This document shows positions 58,130 to 64,000 of a stretch of 64,000 nt of DNA, in pieces. This DNA comes from Chrysomallon squamiferum. Its lineage: Eukaryota > Animalia > Mollusca. The notes below the pieces were generated by a model. That model was given only the letters and a program-made list of their open reading frames with translations. It did not search any database and was not told where the DNA came from. Within the stretch, counting starts at the first letter, position 1. Each line of letters starts with the position of its first letter. The DNA lies in the NCBI GenBank assembly GCA_012295275.1, contig CM022673.1, positions 17,980,001-18,044,000 of the forward strand, in the 5' to 3' direction. The position numbers were made by a program, and so were the translations under genes.

Positions 58130-58600
58130 AAATACGTGTGTATATTTGTGTATGATTTGATTGTTGTGAAGGGTGTGGACTGTGTCTCGTTCTGTGACTG
58201 GCTGTCGTGGAGGGCGGGGGTCCTCAGTTTGTGTTTGTCGTCGCGACCTCTGTTTACGTTGTGGTTGTTTTGCAAATCTCTTGTTTGCTTCTTTCCTCTT
58301 TCCCACTGCTGAGAATCACACTGGCGAGTCTCTCACTCAGCAGACCTGCTTCTGGTCCGCGGGAACTCCACAAAGAACAACAGTTTTCACTCGCCTACGT
58401 CGAAAACATTTTTTTTTCTTTCTTCTTCAAACTGTTTTGAGATTCTGTATTTTAAAATCATTCCATGAACGAGAGAAACCGCGAAAAGAGATTTTAAAGG
58501 TGAAACGTTTTATTTCAACGACGGCAGCATGATGACGCAACGATTTATTTTGTGAGGCTAAACGGTAGCAGACGAATACTAAAATGCAGACTGGTTTTGG
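58130..58600 (+). promoter_or_regulatory. Putative BMAL1 promoter / 5' UTR, GC- and CpG-rich island
   Basis: Locally high GC and CpG, with a GC-box GAGGGCGGGG at about 58210, 300-750 bp upstream of the first coding exon. Confidence 0.55.
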
Positions 58601-58901
58601 AGTTTTTCATTCTTTTAACGAAGCTGATTCGTAATTTATACACAGTTTAATTTCTCCTCGGAATGTTTCCTCAGTTTTATTTACTTCAAGATAAATAATT
58701 TCTTTTATTTCAATTTTAAACAAATATAAGCATATTTCAGAGTTAATGGATTCTGCCATTATTTTCTTTGAAAAAAGACGAAGATCAATTTACCATGATG
58801 ACATTATTGGCAGGAGTCAGTTGGCTGCTTTACATGGATTATCTTACAAACCGTGACACTTAATCTGAAGTGAAATAAAACCGTGTTATCAAACTGTAAC
58901 T

Positions 58902-60787
58902 ATGTATCGAACCAACTACTACCACAGTAACTACAGCGTGGACGTACCCAGGCAGTACTACAACGCCAGCAACAACGTGTCAGATGAGTATATGTATGAT
59001 GGAGAATTCGGCCACTATGACCAGTCTCTGGAACATTTACAGAAACCTCACTTTTCTCCTGACCGGTATGGTATGTAGTCAGCACAAGTTACCCTTTTCA
59101 TTCACTTTTCTACTCACAACGTTTATTTTTAACTCATGTATTTCACTTTAATACTTCACGAATTTCACATCTTATTGCGATCACCTACTTTCGATTTAAC
59201 GAGGTCGTTATACTTGTTTCAAAACATTATTTCCTTTTAATAAAATGATACGTTCAATCTCGTGTTTGGCATTTTCGTTAGAGCATTAAATTAAAATAAT
59301 TATTTCATTATATTTAGATGTTGTCCTAATTTATTTTCTGATTAAAATAGCTCCTCAGACTTGAAAATAATGTTAATCATTTGTGCTGTTTTAATTTTTA
59401 TAATTTCACCTCACTTAACCATCCAAATAAAAATGGTCTCTCCTCTGTGTAGTTCGAAGTTTGAGTTTTATAACTCACTGCAGATTAGGGCTGAAATAAA
59501 TGTTCTGGTTATATTTTTGAAATATTGATACTAAATGTTATTTTACTATCAGTCTATGTTGGCACTTGAAGATTTTACCTCCAGAACAAAACTGTATTGA
59601 CGCTATTCTCTTTGTCTAATCCGCGATCACCTGCTCTGGTCTGAAACTAGAGTAGCTTTGTCTCCTAATCAAAAGTAAAATTTTTGTATCACTGCATTTT
59701 ACACGTTTACATTTGCGTCTTTTATTTAAAATACATTTTGTATATGTGTTGTGCGTAACATCAGAGATTAAAAATAAATAAAGAAAGAAAAATGATAAAG
59801 AAAAAATTGGAAGGATAAGTTTTAACATGAGAAAATATTACAAACTAGCATAATTTTTAATTTTATCTGGATTTCGAATGCCTTTTACATTATTCAGATT
59901 TAACAATAAACACCATCCAAGGCTGGCATGATAATTAATAAACTAAAGATCGATTTTATAATAAATGAAATAAACATAGATTTTATAGTAAATGAGTTAA
60001 ATATAGATTTTCTAATAAATGAAATAAAGATAGATTTTCTAATAAATGAAATAAAGTTGGATTTTCAAATAAATAAAATAAAAATAGATTTTCTAATAAC
60101 TAAAATAAAAATAGATTTTCCAATAAATAAAATAAAAATAGATTTTATAATAAAAAGGAATAAAGATTGATTTTTATGATAAAAAGAGATTTAATATCAA
60201 ATAAAACTTTTTGAAAATTTAAATTTTACAGTCGAAAGAATCCTGAGGAAGACTAACATAACCTTTACTTCAGGGGATCTGGCTTTTATTTGCCTACAAG
60301 ATTATTAATTCATGTCTAATTTTACAAATATATATATATATATTTTAAGGGGAAAAAAAATATATATTCCCCTTAAAAACAAAATTTCGTTTGATGCAGG
60401 ATGTTTAATATTTAATTTAATATTCCTGTTATACAAAGGGCGACGCAAAGGAAAATTAATGAAAAAGAAGTCTTAAAATATATTTATCTTCAAGAAAATC
60501 ATCAAATATTGCTATCATTTTGTATGTTTATGTAGAATTATGAAGCAAATGTCTGAGGATTAACCTATGTGTTGAACGTGGTTAAACTGTTACATGGAAA
60601 TCTGGCTGTGTTTGAAAAGCAGGGCGTTGTAACGCAATGTTTGTTCGTCTCCCAACAAAAACATGAAAACTATTTCTGCAGTTTAGCACCATTCCGATGG
60701 GCCCAGGTGAACATACATATATGGCATTCCTATATCGCGTCGACCTTGGAATAACCGAGAATAAAATCATATTAAACAGTGAGAGAG

Positions 60788-60845
<58 letters not shown>

Positions 60846-61184
60846 TAACAAGATAAGCACACTGCGTTTTTGAAAACAAAATGAAAAAAGTTTTCAAACG
60901 ATTCCGTTTTATGTGTATTTCATCGTATTACTTTACTTGAAATGAATCGAGTTTTATTTTTTAATATATTTACCTGTATTTTTAATTTATTTACCTGTAT
61001 TTTAATTCATTTACCTGTACTGTTTAATTTCAGTGTTCTCGCCTCTATCGTTCCCGCCGGCCATGTACACCAAGCCCGGCTCCATTGTGCCCAGCGAAGA
61101 CTCCTACGTCACAAACATGCTACCTGTGACAGCAATGACGAGAAAACGAAAATCTTTGTCAATTGAGTAAGTAAATATCACACA

Positions 61185-61250
<66 letters not shown>

Positions 61251-62047
61251 ACCACCACCCACATACACACCCATATATATACATAAACATATAGGTACAA
61301 ATATACATAGAAATATATATATACGTACGTACGTACATACATACGTATAAACGTATATTCATAGACATATACAAAGATACATACACACATATATACATGT
61401 ATAAAAACACATACATACGTACGCACCTACATACATAAATAGAAAACAATAAACAGTGAATGAGAGAGAGAGAGAGAGAGAGATTTGTAATACTACTGAT
61501 ATTTTCCTTACAAAACATACAATGCAAAGATATTCTACTTCTTCCTTATAGCTTTGACAGCGGGGAAGAAGAGGACAATTCATCAGCAGGAATTTTATCA
61601 CCTGATTTGTTATTAGATCCGGCAGAAACACGCAAAAATCACAGGTAAACACAGGTGTTAATTATTTTTAACTATACAACTATTACATGTTAACTCAAAA
61701 TAATGTAATTATCTTTTTGTAATGAGTATCTGAAAAATACCTGTTACTCTGTTTCTTTGAACCGAAATCGTATCGTCATCGTCATCATCATCATTATTAT
61801 TATTTTTATTGCTTTTACTATCATCATTACTGTTATTATTGCTATTGTTATTGGCATTAACATTATCATTACCATTATTGTTATTCTTCTTCTTATTGTT
61901 ATTGTTATTGTTATTATTATTACAGTTATTATTATTATTATTATTACTATTATGGTTATTATCAATACTATAGTCATTACCGTTATTATTATTATTGTTA
62001 CTGTCCTTATCAACATCGTTACAATTATTATTTTCATTATTATTATT

Positions 62048-62079
<32 letters not shown>

Positions 62080-62807
62080 ATTAACGATGTACACGTACCG
62101 GTACAATCAGGTAACTGAAATGTTTATTTTGTAGACAAAATCACAGCGAGATTGAGAAGCGACGGCGTGACAAAATGAACTCGTACATCACAGAACTGTC
62201 AGCCATGATTCCTCTGTGTAATTCACTGAACCGAAAACTCGACAAACTGACGGTGCTACGAATGGCCGTTCAACACATGAAGTCAATCAGAAGTATGTCA
62301 GCTCTTTCTCTCAACACTAGGATTCATAATGTAGAATCCAATATCAACACGAAACCAAATTCCTGCATTTCTTTCCTTTTCAGAGATATATTAATTACAA
62401 TGCATTTAGTATTAATTATTGTGTAAGTGTATTGAAAGTAGATAACGATATCTTGTGAAGTAGATATTCTGTTGGAATGCATACGTTGTTTTTCACCGTA
62501 TAAATGTCTGCAAGTAGACAGTCTGTTAGAACGTATATTTCGGCACATATCATTTTATAAACTTGTGCAGGTAGAGAGTCTATTAGAATACGTACATTGG
62601 CACATATCACTTTATTGTTATTGTTGTTGATGATGTTATACTTCCTCTTATTATTATTAATGTTGTTGAAGCTGTCGTTATTGTTGTTGTTGTTATTATT
62701 ATTATTATTATTGTTATTATTATTCAGGTTCTAGAAATACGTTGTCGGAAGTGAATCAGAAGAAATCGTATATATCTGATGACGAACTCAAGAGACTTGT
62801 ACTGGGG
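58902..62807 (+). CDS. BMAL1: BMAL1/cycle (ARNTL) bHLH-PAS clock transcription factor, 5' part; PAS exons lie beyond the window
   Basis: Exons: 58902-59070, 61034-61166 (TRKRKS NLS-like), 61552-61644, 62135-62292 ([53 protein letters not shown]), 62728-62807 (..[14 protein letters not shown]). All introns are GT-AG and phases are consistent. EKRRRDKMN and [14 protein letters not shown] distinguish BMAL/CYC from ARNT. Exon 1 is less certain than the bHLH exon. Confidence 0.92.
59934..60176. repeat. 27-bp minisatellite in BMAL1 intron 1, about 9 copies
   Basis: ATAAATGAAATAAAGATAGATTTTCTA-like units, visible as a 9-aa periodicity in the spurious ORF. Confidence 0.9.
61768..62078. repeat. Degenerate (ATT/GTT/ATC)n trinucleotide tract in BMAL1 intron 3
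   Basis: Seen directly. Confidence 0.9.
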
Positions 62808-64000
62808 GTTAGTATAACATACACATAATTGTAATAGCTATATTACTAGGGGTTAGTTTAACATACACAATTGTAATACTATATTACTAGAGGTTAGTAT
62901 AAACATACACATAACTGTAATACTATATTACTAGGGGTTAGTTTAACATACACATAATTGTAATAGCTATATTACTAGGGGTTAGAATAAACTACACACA
63001 ATTGGGTTAGGGGTTTTAACATACACATAATTGTAATAGCTATATTACTAGGGGTTAGTTTAACATACACATAACTGTAATAACTATATTACTAGGGGTT
63101 AGTTTAACATACACATAACTATAATAACTATATTACTAGGGGTTAGTTTAACATACACATAACTGTAATAACTATATTACTAGGGGTTAGTTTAACATAC
63201 ACATAACTATAATAGCTATATTACTAGGGGTTAGTATAACATACACACAATTGTAATAGCTATATTACTAGGGGTTAGTATAACATACACAGAACTGTAA
63301 TAACTATATTACTAGGGGTTAGTATAACATACACACAGTTGTAATACTATATTACTAGGGGTTAGTATAACATACACAATTGTAATAGCTATATTACTAG
63401 GGGTTAGTATAACATACACACAGTTGTAATACTATATTACTAGGGGTTAGTATAACATACACATAACTGTAATAGAGCTATATTACTAGGGGTTAGTATA
63501 AACATATACATAACTGTAATAGAGCTATATTACTAGGGGTTAGTATAACATACACATAACTGTAATAGCTATATTACTAGGGGTTAGTATAAACATATAC
63601 ATAACTGTAATAGAGCTATATTACTAGGGGTTAGTATAACATACACAATTGTAATACTATATTACTAGGGGTTAGTATAAACATATACATAACTGTAATA
63701 ACTATATTACTAGGGGTTAGTATAAACATATACATAACTGTAATAGCTATATTACTAGGGGTTAGTATAACATACACAATTGTAATAGCTATATTACTAG
63801 GGGTTAGTATAAACATACACATAATTGTAATAGCTATATTACTAGGGGTTAGTATAAACATACACATAATTGTAATAGCTATATTACTAGGGGTTAGTAT
63901 AACATACACATAATTGTAATAGCTATATTACTAGGGGTTAGTATAAACATACACACAACTGTAATAGAGCTATATTACTATGAGTTAGTATAAACACATA
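62800..64000. repeat. ~44-bp minisatellite, about 27 copies, starting at the BMAL1 exon 5/intron 5 junction
   Basis: Unit: TACTAGGGGTTAGTATAACATACACATAA(C/T)TGTAATAGCTATAT. The first copy overlaps the exon end TACTGGGG|GTTAGT. Confidence 0.97.

Noticed and set aside
59928-60170. 80-aa ORF with KIDF(L/I)IN(E/K)I repeats
   Set aside because: 27-bp AT-rich minisatellite inside BMAL1 intron 1.
62135-62292. Assignment of the bHLH exon to ARNT/tango
   Set aside because: Diagnostic residues ([24 protein letters not shown]) match BMAL/CYC rather than ARNT (ERRRRNKMT, RKPDKLTILRMAVSH).
62800-64000. Telomeric-repeat interpretation of the GGGTTAG motifs
   Set aside because: There is essentially one motif per 44-bp unit, explained by the exon/donor junction sequence, and no (TTAGGG)n run.

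Overview
AT-rich, microsatellite-dense eukaryotic genomic DNA, probably an invertebrate such as a mollusc (inference). I reconstructed five spliced genes by hand. HIKESHI (minus strand, 4 exons, 194 aa) lies head-to-head with a tandem triplet of intact 8-exon HAD-IIA phosphoglycolate/glycerol-3-phosphate phosphatase (PGP-like) genes of 297 aa each. The first five coding exons of the clock gene BMAL1/cycle follow, and the gene runs off the right edge. Between the PGP cluster and BMAL1 is an ~8.2 kb inverted duplication with ~1.8 kb arms; it encloses a nested inverted repeat and a candidate orphan membrane microprotein. Positions 1-21 kb have no recognisable coding exon and consist of CpG-poor DNA with several minisatellites. 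The best leads are: (1) a 44-bp minisatellite that tandemly amplifies a BMAL1 5' splice site about 25 times behind an in-frame stop; (2) the large inverted duplication abutting the BMAL1 promoter; (3) divergence among the PGP paralogs in active-site residues, CpG content and splice donor type, plus exon-limited gene conversion. All coordinates and counts were made by eye, and no database searches were run.
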